From positions 18,459,432-18,523,431 of the forward strand of contig NC_092679.1 in assembly GCF_964355755.1 (NCBI RefSeq): a DNA stretch of 64,000 nt, written 5' to 3'. The position numbers were made by a program, and so were the translations under genes. The stretch comes from Antedon mediterranea. Taxonomy: Eukaryota; Animalia; Echinodermata. The first letter of the stretch is position 1, and each line of letters starts with the position of its first letter. Shown here piece after piece: positions 39,237-52,084 of the stretch. Under the pieces are notes generated by a model that saw nothing but the letters and a program-made list of their open reading frames with translations, was not told the DNA's origin and ran no database searches.

Positions 39237-42200
39237 AAACTGCTTCAAGGCAAATCCTCTTTCCCCTTATGTTTATACAAAATCTATACATAATAAATTT
39301 ATTTTAATGTTTATTTTATCACAGTAGTGGGCTAGTCAAATATAACAATAACTAGTTCCGTTGGCTAGTAGTGACAAGCAAAATGGAATTGACTATGTGA
39401 GTAGATTTTCTATATGAGATACCAATAATTACACTGGTATATGATCAATAATTATATAATTCTTAATAGTAATATATTACTTGTAGGTGATGACTTTGGA
39501 TCTGATTATAAATATTATAATTTTATTATAATATTTCCCTTTAGAAATTTAAATATTTTAGCCAAGAGATTGTACTGTATCTGAACAGTTAACAAATTAG
39601 ATCATCTATAGAAGTATAAAAAGAGATAATCGAATAAGAAAGAACGAAATGGAAAGAAACAGACAAAAATAGCAACATAAAAACAAATAATAATATGAAT
39701 TAAAAAAATCCCTAATGAATGCAGTTGCAATAAAAAATGTATAAATTGATAAATTTCCACGGACGGCTTCTCCTGTTTAGAGAATGAAACAAAATGATTG
39801 ATTTAAATCATTAAATAATATAGTTGAAAAAAAATACCAAAAATAGAAATTAAAAACTAATAATTACTATCAAAACTCATAATAATTATTATAGCTCTAC
39901 TAGTTTTACCATTCAGATTTTTCAAAATTAATATGTATATAATAAATGTAAAATAATAATCATTTATATCTGAGCATATATATATGAATTAAATAACTAA
40001 AATAAAAAGAATGATAATTTTAGTGTATTCTAAAAAAATATAAAAACATAAGCATATAATGTATTTAACATAACATAAAATTACGTCGTATTTGAACGTT
40101 TTTTTTCCAAGTATTAATAATTTGTAAATATTAATTAATGTAACGATTAATTGCATATTATTTGAAGTTTTAATCCTCTTTATAATCAATTTAATAATTT
40201 AAAGAGAACGACAATAAACAGCGTTGGAACGATTTACCAAACACAATCCAGCCTACCTAACATACAGCTCACAGTAAACCTAAAAGATTCAGCGTCGTGC
40301 CATCAATTTACCCGCATAGTATTACGTGTGCACTCAGGCATGACCTAAAATTCATATCACAATCTGTAAAAGAGCTAGCTACATTACTAACCTATATTGC
40401 AGAGCATTCGCTACGATTCACGGTAACCTTACTCAACGGCATTAACTGTGCGCTGAAGTGTGACAGTATTATTTGTGTAATGAAGCATGACCTTCAACTC
40501 AAGGAGTTATTTTTTTAATACCGCGGTGCATATATTCTGAGAAAGAGACAGTGTTCCGGCCAAAATCATGATGTTAATCTAAATATTATTGATTTAATAG
40601 TGTTTAATTAATATTAGTATATTGTACATTAAAAGGCCCTATTTATATTGAAACAATTGACTCTATTACTATTCACAGTCAATATTACATTATTTTTTCA
40701 ATACATTTTTTAGCACATAAAACTAAAAAAGGTAAGCACATTACAAAATGTATACAATAACTGTATTAAACACAGCTGAGTCAGCTACAAGAAAATTACC
40801 TATTATGAGAATACTTTACTTGAAATAAAATATTTAGATTTTTTTTTCAATTTACACTGTCCATCATAATAAATCTATTAACTTTTTTATAATTAATAAT
40901 TATTAAATGATTAGGCTTATTACTGTACATACATACATTTCCTGCTAGTTAAAAGTTTGACAGAAAGAAACAAAATTTGTAAGAGTCCTATTACAAGTAA
41001 CAAAACAGACGAGGATTTAAAACCTGTGCTAACAAAATGTAATATTAAAATTTAGTCAAAGAGTAGTTCATAATTTAATTTAAATTTAGCTGTCAAAAGG
41101 GGGTAACATGTTCATCCCTAGATCCTCCGCTGCAGTCAGAATAATATCTAACAGTAGTAGGGGAAAATGGTGAACAGACATCTACATTTGTATTGGGTGT
41201 AAAATCAAAACAATTGAGGGTGCACATTTTTTTTTTTTTTTTCATTCTGTATTCTGTTCCAAATGTTTGTTAAAAACTATTAATTCCTGGTGTATTTATA
41301 ATATTACAGGCAAGGTGTGGCCAAAAAATATGTTTTGATCATACATTCTAATAATTATCGATAATATCTATAATTTCCCCTATGTTTCACAATTTTTTGG
41401 GATTTTTATTGTACTACAGGATTTTGTTGAAAATAAGCATTTTTCAGTGGGGGATACTGTAGTTAAAATTCTTATTCTTTTGTACACAAAAATAGAAGGC
41501 ATTTTTAAACAATTAGGAAAAATAAATGGTGTGGTGTGGTAAAAAATATTATTAGATGACTATTATATAGGTAATATAACTTGAATTTTACGTTTCTGGT
41601 ATTTTTATTTAACTTCAGACGTTTATTTTCGCCGTATAGCAAAAATAATTGATTGCATACTTTTTTAACTTTCTACTACTGAAAAAAGTCTATCTGGTTT
41701 TTATGACAGAAATTTGCCAAATGTTGTATTTGGCCATTTTAAGGGAAATTCATGTTTTTCTGTTACACATATTTGTTTTATGTATATTTAACCAGATATT
41801 ATATTTAAAATTCACGCCTGTACCTGATACGATGAGCTTTAAACATAATTTAAATTTTCAGTGAATGGAATATTTACATTTGTCTCACTGGAAAATATTA
41901 TCTACTATAAATGGTAAAGTAAAATTTATGGTTTAACCTGTCTTTAATAAAGTATTTTCTATTTGCACTTGAGTTATCTATTGAGTGTATGTATATTGTT
42001 TAGTCTACTGTGTAGATTGTAACACATTAATTACATTATCAATACTGAAGGCCTATCTGAATATAAATGACATTATCTGAATATAAATTAAAACTCTCAA
42101 ATATAATCTGTTAATTGCTTCCAACTAGAAACATGACCAAAAAAAAAAAAAAAATAGTAAAAAACTAACATTAAAAACATACAGTAGCTGTCTATATGAA

Positions 42201-43646
42201 TCTGTATGTAATGAATAGAAATATGAATATTAGGTATGGAAAGCCCAAACTGCCTTAAAATCTACTAATCTGTTTGTGGTATGACAATTTTGTCAACTAA
42301 AGTTTGCAGTTATCAGTTTTACATCAAAGTTTTGCAGAGAACTGAGAGTTTGAGCAGTATGAGGATCCTCGCTATACAATTTAACTTGATTAATCACATA
42401 GTTGCAGTCAGTCTATTGTTCTGGTTTGGATCCAGAGTTTTGTTTTAACTGGTTTCCATATAAAAAGGAGGCTCTGGTTTTCACATGCCCATAATAGTGA
42501 TATGGAATAAAAGGTCTAACAGAATAACCAGAGTAGTAAGTGAAAGTAACTGAAATTGGTAACACGTCACCACACTAATAATAGATTTACTTTTTGAAAA
42601 CATGCGTTTCTTGCAAAATTGAAGGTGTCCAGATCTCACACTCCTTCCACTGGTTGGATCCACCTAAATCTTATGTACAGTAGGTGTGTTGGGGTCAGCA
42701 GAGATGTTGCAGATATGACAAGAAAAGTGTTTTGAATTCAAAGTTTAACTTTCACTTCACTTGGCTTGTAAATATTTCTCACCCTGTCAATGGACTTTTT
42801 GAACTACAAGAGCACACTTAATTTCAAGTTCTATATACAATGAATTAAACAAAATAATCGTACAGTTTCATCCGACATGAAGAACTGTAGTGTAATTACG
42901 ACAGTGAGGCTACTAGGCTATCTTATAAATGCTGTGTATAAGAATTATTCTGGCCACAGTGACGAAAAGAAGCGTATTGATGTTCTTTACTTTCTAGAAA
43001 TCGCAAACAAAATTCCGATCTAAACTCTATGAAAACCACATTATTTTAGAGCATTTAATATAATTAAACAACAAACAGTGGCAAATATTTTAAATCTATC
43101 TGGATTAAACTCATATCATATGGTTAGGTAATATGAATAGACCTTTGATAAATCAAGTCTCATCACTACCAGCAGAGCCAAATATTTCATGGTAATTAAC
43201 ATACGATTTTGTCAACAAACATCAATAATACAATACACAATACATCTATTTAGTAGACCTACTTACTACTCTCTAGTATCTCACAGCGTATGATGGGGAG
43301 GTTCAAGACAATTTTCTCAGCATTAACCTAAATTCAAGATGAAATACCAAAGCACCAGGATGTATCGTTAGATACCAAAAACTATATGTAAATCCCTTAT
43401 AAATTCCAAAGATATTTAATTCCAAGACTGAAAACTAAGATCACTGGTGGAAACCGGTTGCCAACCAAAACTACGTACAGTGGAGATCTGTCTCCCAATA
43501 AAATCGCGCCGCCGACCACGGAGAGAATCCCGTCCATCCAATCTCACCCGGCTATGACAACATGAATGAAAGCGATTTGATACACAAATATCATCCGAAA
43601 TGCAAGGTGTGTTTACAGAAATTAAATACAGGGAAATTGTACTCAC

Positions 43647-43820
43647 TTCCAGCCCAAGATGTCATCGAAATGGTCCAAAATTATCACCGAATTTTCACTC
43701 ACATAATGATGATAGACTTTTTTAGAAACAGACAACCATCGGCACTTATTATTTTCACCACCTTTGTAAAAAGGGAGAGAGATGGAAGAAAATTGCGCTC
43801 AACCAATCAGAGAGGCGTAT
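43647..43820 (-). promoter_or_regulatory. Candidate first (5'UTR) exon and promoter of the RGS7-like gene
   Basis: Strong minus-strand donor GAA|GTGAGT at 43646, locally CpG-richer sequence, CCAAT box at 43803-43807. Confidence 0.4.
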
Positions 43821-44939
43821 TGTGGAAACGTTCACTTAAGTACAGGGAGAGAATGTTCTTTATGATAGGAGGCTCACTTGTTAGAATACTGTATTAAAAT
43901 ATGGTAAACATGCATTACCATTTACTCGCGTGTTAAACGCGTGTATTATTCCGATGAATATAATTTAATATTATCAAAATCTGTGTATTTCAGAATAATT
44001 ATTATGAAACTAACTCGACACATTGGGTGTCCCATACAAAAAAATATTGACCTAAGTAAACTAACTTCATTATGAACCTTTACGGCAATTAATTAACCAT
44101 AATTCCATGCCAATAATTTGACGTAGGGCCTACTCCGTATGTGCGTGGTACGATGATGCACGTGTGTTTTTAAGGGGGAATTCCCGGGGGCTTTATATGG
44201 CGAAAACACGTAACTGATTTGAAGAGGAAAGCAATGTTATACAGTATATATGATTGAACATGCCAAGGCCAATACCAATGAAAACTGTCATGCATAGACA
44301 AAAAACTAATGAAATTCAAATTATTATGAAGATTCATTTTTTACTAAAAACCACGAATACGATTTATTTTTGTATTATTTGTTGTTTTTGTGACGTGAAA
44401 AAATATTGTCCCGTCAAGATATTTCCATAAAGGTGTTCCAAAGGACGAAAATCAGAAAAAAACTTCTGCAGTTTTTTTTATTAGTAACGAAAATAAAAAG
44501 TGGTCTTTAATTGGTGAATTGTAGGCCTACTCTTTTATTTTCGTTCCCATCTTTAAAAAGGCTATTGTCCATCCAAAAACATGAAAATGAAGATTTAAAA
44601 ATCAGATTTTGAATAGGCCATTTTGTAGTTTTTAATAAAGTTAATCACTTCCCCAGAAAAAACCCCGAATAATATAATGTTGCACTAATATAAAAGACAA
44701 AACAAACGGTTAAATAACCAACAACCCATTGGCTGGCAGCTAATCTGACCATTTGCATAATTTTTTTCAGGTAACAACATTTTCTTTTCGATCCAACTTT
44801 TGGTTATTATAAAGTAGGCCTATAATAATTATAGAAGACCACCATATTATATTATCTATCCAACATTGATACACAATCGTAAAACGTGCACCAAATTAGA
44901 GTTAGATTTTGTAGTGAACATTAGAACATCTATTTGGAG

Positions 44940-45090
44940 GACCCTCAGTTTGACAGGCGTGAGCCACGCCAGTCAATCAACATGCGTCAATACGTCAATC
45001 AAAATAAAATGTTTACCTTTGACACAAAACCGGAACAGCGTCGATGATCAAAACAAAAAAAACAGTTTGCAAAATAAATAAGATGGCAGA
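44940..45090 (+). promoter_or_regulatory. OTUB1 proximal promoter / 5'UTR
   Basis: CpG-richer segment with CGTCA half-CRE sites, ETS-like CCGGAA and YY1-like AAGATGGC overlapping the ATG. Confidence 0.4.
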
Positions 45091-45170
45091 CAATGAGAAT
45101 TTAGATGCAGAGAGTATAGATAACAAAAAGAAAATTAAGTTATCTGAGCCAGATATAATATCAGATGTTG
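45083..45170 (+). CDS. OTUB1: OTUB1 exon 1
   Basis: MADNENLDAESIDNKKKIKLSEPDIISDV; donor gtgagt. Confidence 0.8.
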
Positions 45171-45514
45171 GTGAGTGTTTTTTAGAATAAACAGTGCTAA
45201 ATTACAGTTATAATAGAAAGCTATTTATTGAGTGAGAAGTGAGAAATTAGATGTGATTTATGCATGGTGTTTGCGAAGCTCTGAGAGACCAGCCAAGCTA
45301 AGCCTGGCCTATGTTCGGAAAGTCGGTCAATGAGCGTGTACGAGAGGACAATGGGTGCATATATCGTAGGCCTACAAATGCCTATTAGCAGTAGGTAGCG
45401 GAAAGTTCCAATATCATCAATAGCAAGAGGTCGGCCTAGGCCTAGGTCCTCTCATATCATCATTTCTTTTTCTATACTCTACTTACCAGTTTTCAATTGA
45501 TTATTAATTAACAG

Positions 45515-45567
45515 GGAGAGCCAAAGATGAAGACATCATTGCCCAAGAAGATCGAATTCAGAATGAG
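45515..45567 (+). CDS. OTUB1: OTUB1 exon 2
   Basis: RAKDEDIIAQEDRIQNE. Confidence 0.9.
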
Positions 45568-45902
45568 GTATATTATATTAAAATACATATTTTGCAATTT
45601 CTCATACTCATTATTTATAAAAATAGTACTAATATTATTGATCATGATTCATTAACAACACTTACTTTTACTTGGTTAACATATAATATTATATGCCTAT
45701 ATATTATATAATGTAACAAATAATTACCTAAAAGTTTTTAATAAGGTTTTCCAACTCAAAAAATTTAATATAAATATATAATATAAAATTAATAAAATAG
45801 AAGCTACTAAACATTACAATAGCCTCACTTTGTCATCTTAATATTCCTAAAAATACTTTTTTCCTACAATACAATAAAGTAGTGAGGTTGATTACTTATT
45901 AG

Positions 45903-45998
45903 ATCAAAGAAAACACTGGCTTGATTGGCGCAAAAGAAGACTTGTCATCTTTACTTGAGCAATATGCAGATGATGAAGTTTACCAACAGAAGATTAGG
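45903..45998 (+). CDS. OTUB1: OTUB1 exon 3
   Basis: IKENTGLIGAKEDLSSLLEQYADDEVYQQKIR. Confidence 0.9.
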
Positions 45999-46131
45999 GT
46001 GAGCTTGACTATTTAATAATGTACAATAAAAATTCAGGAAAACATGTCCTGATCATTAAATATACAAAACACACAGACCAGAGTATAGTACACTACGATA
46101 ATTACAAACTACTGTATTTTTCATTTATCAG

Positions 46132-46250
46132 GAACTTAGAGGGCGATATCACCATGTTAGGAAATCGCGACCAGATGGTAACTGTTTTTTCCGATCATTT
46201 GGATATGCTTATATGGAATATCTACTCTCAGACAAGGAAGAATTGCACAG
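46132..46250 (+). CDS. OTUB1: OTUB1 exon 4 (catalytic Cys)
   Basis: ELRGRYHHVRKSRPDGNCFFRSFGYAYMEYLL. Confidence 0.95.
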
Positions 46251-46310
46251 GTTAGTGATGTTCTACATATACCTCCAAAAGACATGTTTTTTTTACCTCC
46301 TACAAATGTT

Positions 46311-46627
46311 GATAATAATAATAATAATACCACATTTATATAGCGCCCTTTTCATGAGTAATCATGCTCAAAGGCGCTTTACAAGCATTATTACCCCAGT
46401 ATTTTTTTGGGATCAAACACGTATAGAAACATACTCCCATAATGCAGCCGGTAACCAGCGCAAAGTTGTGTCTAGATCTAACTGGGTACCCATTTATACA
46501 CCTGGGTGGAGAGAGGCAACGTAAGTAAAGTATCTTGCCTACGGATATAAGCAATGCGGCGAGAGTTGGATTCGAACCTAGGTCTGACGATCGGTAGTCC
46601 AACGTCCAACACACTGCGCCACACGCC
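46311..46627 (-). mobile_element. tRNA-derived SINE (CORE-like body), copy 2
   Basis: A/B boxes, same body as 27241-27535, (TTA)n tail. Confidence 0.85.
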
Positions 46628-46653
46628 ATTACTAATATTTTTCTTATTCACAG

Positions 46654-46738
46654 ATTTAAAGAAATTGCTTTAAAAAGTAAGGATGAATTAGTTAGTCTTG
46701 GTTTTCCAACATTTACGATAGAAGAATTCCATGAAACA
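46654..46738 (+). CDS. OTUB1: OTUB1 exon 5
   Basis: FKEIALKSKDELVSLGFPTFTIEEFHET. Confidence 0.93.
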
Positions 46739-46987
46739 GTAAGTATATGTTAACAACAAAATATAATGCTGTCCTAGCAGATTCTTGCTAATGTATCTTT
46801 AATTTTTTCTTTATCATACAATAGGCAAATTCTATAATACAGTGTAACCTATGTATCACATGTGATGCCTGTATCATAGACCATTAGTCCTGACCTTACC
46901 ATAACATGATACTGGCACCACATACGATACGAAACACTAATACTAGAACATTTGCCTATTATGATATTAGACAGGTAATAACATAAT

Positions 46988-47339
46988 AGTGACCTTTGAT
47001 ACTGGGCCGATAATACCAGTGACCTTTGATACTTGACATATAATACCAAAGTGACCTTTGATACTTGACAGGAGGTCAAAATGTGGTCAACAATCGCTAT
47101 TTGTGTTGCAGCTAAAAACTGCTCCACAATAATCGGTTAAAACATGCAATGGATTGAGTGTTTTTAACCGATATCATTCATATAATACCAGTGACCTTTA
47201 AAATGAGACCTTTGATACTGGACCGATAATACCAAAGTGACCTTTGATACTGGAACGAAAACACCAAAGTGACCTTTGATACTGGACCGATAACACCAAA
47301 TTGACCTTTGATACTGAGCCGATAACACATAAGTGACCT
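46988..47339. repeat. Minisatellite of about 31-bp units (GTGACCTTTGATACTGGACCGATAATACCAAA), split by a dispersed repeat at 47072-47170
   Basis: About 8 copies, ending about 20 bp before the exon 6 acceptor. Confidence 0.85.
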
Positions 47340-47360
47340 AATTTTTGTTTTCCTATCCAG

Positions 47361-47555
47361 TTTATGGAAGTAATAGATCAAGTAGAAACGCATCCATCCA
47401 TAGAAGATATACAGATGACATTTAACGATCAATCTACGTCAGATTACATTGTAGTGTATCTTAGATTATTAACTTCAGGGCAGTTACAAAAGCAAGCCGA
47501 TTTCTATGCTAGTTTTATCGAGGGTAATAGAACTGTAAGAGAGTTCTGTCATCAA
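47361..47555 (+). CDS. OTUB1: OTUB1 exon 6
   Basis: FMEVIDQV...FNDQSTSDYIVVYLRLLTSGQLQ...VREFCHQ. Confidence 0.95.
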
Positions 47556-47900
47556 GTAAGTAAAATAAATAAAAATTCATAATATTCTTGGTTTCTTATG
47601 TTCTGCTGTCATTGCTGAAAAAGCATCCAAAATTACAAAAGGCATATTGTGTTGTTCCCGTTAAGGATAGGTGAGAGTACTGCCATGGAAAATGGGAAAA
47701 TGGATGAGAAAATACTGCAGTGCTAATAATGCAAGATAGATATTTTTAAGAAAGAGAAAAAAGATCATTATATAAAGAAACACTTTCTTGTTGCACAAAC
47801 CCCTAAATAAACAAATAATTACTGTACATACAAAAAAAAAAATGACACTTTAACATTAATATATTATTACAAACTAAATTAAAAATTTGATTTATTTTAG

Positions 47901-48098
47901 GAAGTAGAACCAATGGCCAAAGAAAGTGATCATATACACATAATAGCGCTAAGCTCGAAACTACAAGTTGGCGTACGTGTTGTTTACTTAGATCGTGGCA
48001 GTACAGAGAAAGCCAATCAGCACGACTTTCCAGATGATTGGGAGCCCAAAATGACTCTACTATATCGTCCTGGTCACTATGATATATTGTATGCATAG
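47901..48098 (+). CDS. OTUB1: OTUB1 exon 7 (catalytic His, stop)
   Basis: EVEPMAKESDHIHIIAL...LLYRPGHYDILYA*. Confidence 0.95.
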   Translation, partial: EVEPMAKESDHIHIIALSSKLQVGVRVVYLDRGSTEKANQHDFPDDWEPKMTLLYRPGHYDILYA

Positions 48099-48318
48099 GC
48101 CCATGGTAACTGATCAGGCCATACTGACCTGGTCACTATGACATATTGTATGCATAGGCCAATGGCAACTGACCAAGTCTTAATACTGACCTGGTCACTA
48201 TGACATATTATATGCATAGGCCCATGCTAACTGATCAGGCCTTAATATTGGCCTGGTCACTATGACATATTATATGCATAGGCCCATGCTAATAACTGAC
48301 CAGGCTGTAATACTGACC
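48069..48318. repeat. Tandem repeat of 59-62-bp units derived from the end of the OTUB1 CDS
   Basis: CCTGGTCACTATGA.ATATT.TATGCATAGGCC starts at 48069, 48128, 48190 and 48252. Confidence 0.92.
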
Positions 48319-49164
48319 GGGATATCTTTTGTTGCTACACGATTATTAGAAATAAAGATAGGGGCTTAAGGGGCATTTTTATTGTAACTTTTTTATAGAC
48401 TCGCTACCTAGCCAAGTAAAACAGCATAAATGCAAATAGTGCTTGCGGTATATCACATAAGTAATTGCGATAAATAGCTCTTAAATTTTATGGTCATTAG
48501 TGGGGTCACCTAGCAAAACTCTGGGAATATAAGATCACATGATGAGCTATGCCTGTCGAGCTATGCCTGTCACCTGATATGGGTATACCTATACCAACCT
48601 ACTTGATTTTGTTTTATTTACTCTGCCTATATCTCTTTCTTTTATATTCACTTTTAAAATGTATCTTTACACCAACTTGCATGTCACTGGACTTCTGGAA
48701 TAAAACAACTCAATGTGCTATCTAACACAATTTTTTATACTTATGTATTTATAATAATTTTTATTTATGTTAGTTTTATTTATGTCATTGATATATAAGG
48801 CTACAAAGTATTAATTAAACAATATTTTGATTTCTAGTTTAGTTTTAACATAACAGTGATAATAGAGTAACCTTTCAGTATCTTAATTCTCAGTCTAGTG
48901 GCAAATTTAATTACTTGTAGAAAATTCTAAAATATGTAATTTTTTTTGCTTAAAATAATAATTAATAATGCCATAAACTGTTTTTTATAAAGGTGTAACC
49001 TTTCTAAAAATGTTAATTTATGTCAAGAATTGATTAAATTATTTAGTTGAATAAATATTAGTATTCCTTTGAAATTCCATTTGTTGGACAAAAATCTCTA
49101 ATTATAAGGTCGACACGGAACTTAACTTTAATGCTCTTGACCGAGCGGAGCTGCTTTCCATGAA

Positions 49165-49585
49165 TTGTGTGCTTGCGTACACTAGTCCCTCTTATCAACT
49201 ATGAATAGTGGGGCGTATGCGGTATCAGTAATCAAAACTAGCTGCGATCTGTTTGCTGTTGACAAAAGTGCTCGCATACACTAGTTCCTCTTTCAACTTT
49301 GAATAGTGAAGTGCATGCGATATGGGTAATCACGACTGGCTGCGATCATCTGTTGACAAAAGTGCTCGCGTACACAAGTTCCTCTTTCAACCTTGAATAG
49401 TGGAGTGCGTGTGGGTATGGGTAATCATGACTAGGTTCTGGTCATGTTGACAAAAGTGCTCACGTACACAAGTTCCTCTTTCAACTTTGAATAGTGGGAC
49501 GCATGTGGTATGGGTAATCACGACTAGCTGCGATCTGTTTGTCGTTGAAAAGAGTGCTCGCATAACACTAGTTCTTTTTTCAACT
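49165..49585. repeat. Diverged tandem repeat of about 95-100-bp units
   Basis: GTGCTCGC.TACAC.AGTTCCTCTTTCAAC.TTGAATAGTG...GGGTAATCA.GACT...GTTGACAAAA repeated about 4.5 times. Confidence 0.85.
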
Positions 49586-50769
49586 AACCAACACCAAACG
49601 CACATACCCTAAAAAGTGAAACACAATCGGATCTGAAAGGCGTTTAATTAATTGAATTGAATATATAATTTACAATAATATTTAATTAATTGAATACATG
49701 ATATCCTGTTAATTATTCCAATTACAATATTTGGTACCTGGCAGTATTTCATTAATTATATTGCATATTACATCAAATCATTGTATATTATTTTATTATC
49801 TTAATATACATTTTTTATTTATTAGAGAATACAGTATTATAAACAGGTACTATCTTTATCAAAATGCCTAAAAGAAAGATTCAATCTAAAATTATTGTAA
49901 AAATTATCATTTCATAAAAAAATTAATTTTTAGATTCATACCAGATGAAACTATTATTATTATTATCTATTTTTGTATCAAACAAATTAGTATACACATT
50001 TATTTTATTATTAATTATTAATCAAACCACACTTTAGGGGTAAGTGGTTCTTGGTTTGGTCCCAATTCAGAATCACCCTTGATTAGGAACCAGCTATATT
50101 AGGGACCACTACACTGAAAAAACTAAAATAATGTCCTGCTATCTTGCATACTTTTACCTTACACTAAAACTAAACCCTATTTAGATGAGCATCAAATTGT
50201 ACTGTAGACCCGGAGACGTTTTCGGCCCAGGGACATTTCGTCCCACTTTTAATGTATATAATTTACATTTTACAATAAAAAAAAAAGGCGATATGCCAAC
50301 TTTTCCGACAGTACTATCACTACTATTCCACATGAATAAAAATTGCATTTAATTTGGAATTATGTAAATATTTTATTTAATAAATTTGGAACTTATATTA
50401 AAAAGCACATCAAAACATACACAAAAATTTCCTTCTATATGTATTGGCTAAACTGAAAAATATACGCACTCGATTTCCCTCCTGACATCATATCACTACC
50501 ATATTTAAGCATATCACTACCATATTTGGGCATATAAAGTTTGATAGTGTAGACAGTGCTTTAGAAATATCAGTCAAACTGATGTGTTCAGAGAGATGAG
50601 ATACGGTTCATTAGTGTGAAATCCACTTAAAAATATAATTTTCAGGATTTTTTTTGCTATGAAAAAGACAAATTTCCATACACATTATACACAAGATTCA
50701 ATATATATCCACAACAAGTAAAAAATACAGTTGTTTTTTTCCAAATTTTGGCAGCAATCTTTCCCACGA

Positions 50770-51108
50770 TTAGGACTTTCCGTTACCCGGATTTGTCTGT
50801 TTTCTACCGACTACATAAGCTTGGAGAATGAGTACAAAGAAGAGAACAAACCGCCATAAAAATGCTGGCGATAAGAATAATCCGAGTGTACCATAGCATC
50901 GTCGTATACATACACATTCATACCACTGCCATATAATTGCGGGAATTAATAGAGCGTGACAAACCAACCCGCCAACCACTTTAAAAACGTTTTTCACAAA
51001 TTGTACTATTGGTCCGGATTTGAAGCGCACACGTTGAATCGTTTGATTTTTACGATACGAAATGCAAACAGCAAGAAAAATTGTTATTGGTAGTTGAATT
51101 AGTAGCAT
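50770..51108 (-). CDS. TMEM62: TMEM62 last coding exon
   Basis: MLLIQLPITIFLAVC...YGTLGLFLSPAFLW...GKS*; acceptor tttaag, phase 0. Confidence 0.85.
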   Translation of the reverse strand: MLLIQLPITIFLAVCISYRKNQTIQRVRFKSGPIVQFVKNVFKVVGGLVCHALLIPAIIWQWYECVCIRRCYGTLGLFLSPAFLWRFVLFFVLILQAYVVGRKQTNPGNGKS

Positions 51109-51180
51109 CTTAAATAAAAAAAGAAAACAATTAATAAAATTTTAATCATTTGTCTCAATGCCGATGACTTATTTTGACAT

Positions 51181-51344
51181 TAGGAAGCTTTCGAATTGCG
51201 GCAACCGATGTGTCGTCGGTTGTCGTCTGGACCTAGAAATCATCAAAACTGTTCTGAGGTGGGGGGAGTGAGTTCCAATATCCTTGTATGCGCACAATGA
51301 ATAAATATGACGTACTTTGGTCGTCGCAAGTCAAAAGCTTTCTA
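51181..51344. mobile_element. MITE with imperfect TIRs of about 21 bp
   Basis: TAGGAAGCTTTCGAATTGCG / CGCAAGTCAAAAGCTTTCTA. Confidence 0.5.
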
Positions 51345-51483
51345 AATGTCTGAAAGGCTAAATATGTGTCAACTATAACATTTACATAAAAATTGTTAGT
51401 TTATTAGAGAGTGAGGCTGTGATTCAAAAACATTTTATCTTTTTTAAAAACTAGTCACAAATATTAATTAGGAATATACTTAC

Positions 51484-51602
51484 ATCCATAAATATTATAG
51501 TATATGAAAACTTTTCTGGAATCCATTTACCTTCAACATAAATACCATACAATAAGGAAACTCCAACTCTATCTTGTACCATCTGACCAAATATCCATGG
51601 GC
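51484..51602 (-). CDS. TMEM62: TMEM62 exon
   Basis: GPWIFGQMVQDRVGVSLLYGIYVEGKWIPEKFSYTIIFMD. Confidence 0.9.
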
Positions 51603-51985
51603 CTGAAAACAGTCAAGGATCATTTAATGTGAAATTATAAATATAAAAGATAATAATTGGTACAAACTTTTTCAAGTGAATAAAGGGATAAAGAGAAAGA
51701 ACAGAAAGTTTTTAAAAGAAAACATGAGTGTAGAATAGATAAAGAAAAAGTAAACTTTAAAGGAGATAGATTCTAAACTATAGAGTATAATAAACTGTAC
51801 ATATAAACTGAATTCTGATTGCAAAATTTTGGCTAATTTATATTGTAGACATGCCCCTCTATTGCAATGTCAAGTCAGTCCAATATTTCACAAAAAATTC
51901 AAAATATTTGGCATCGACTACAATTTATGTATTCATATCATAAATATTTGACAGTCAACATTGAATTGCACTAAACAAGACGTAC

Positions 51986-52084
51986 CGATTGCTGGATATA
52001 GTCCCATTAACAGCAAAGAATAGAAGAAGAAATCGTGATGAACAAGGTATACTAAGGCTTTGGAAATGGCATCTTGCTGGTAAT
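51986..52084 (-). CDS. TMEM62: TMEM62 exon (its 5' part and acceptor form the 118-bp repeat unit)
   Basis: YQQDAISKALVYLVHHDFFFYSLLLMGLYPAI; tttcag/gtacgt; the phase 1-1 exon needed between its neighbours. Confidence 0.85.

Larger units (their letters stand above)
45083..48098 (+). other. OTUB1: Gene span: ubiquitin thioesterase otubain (OTUB1-like), 7 coding exons, 277 aa
   Basis: Catalytic motifs RPDGNCFFR and LLYRPGHYDILY; 834-nt spliced CDS with consistent phases. Confidence 0.95.

Noticed and set aside
38300-39327. 116-aa and 159-aa ORFs, and a CRISPR-like appearance
   Set aside because: Pure 25-bp tandem repeat with no unique spacers; the ORFs are repeat artefacts; eukaryotic context
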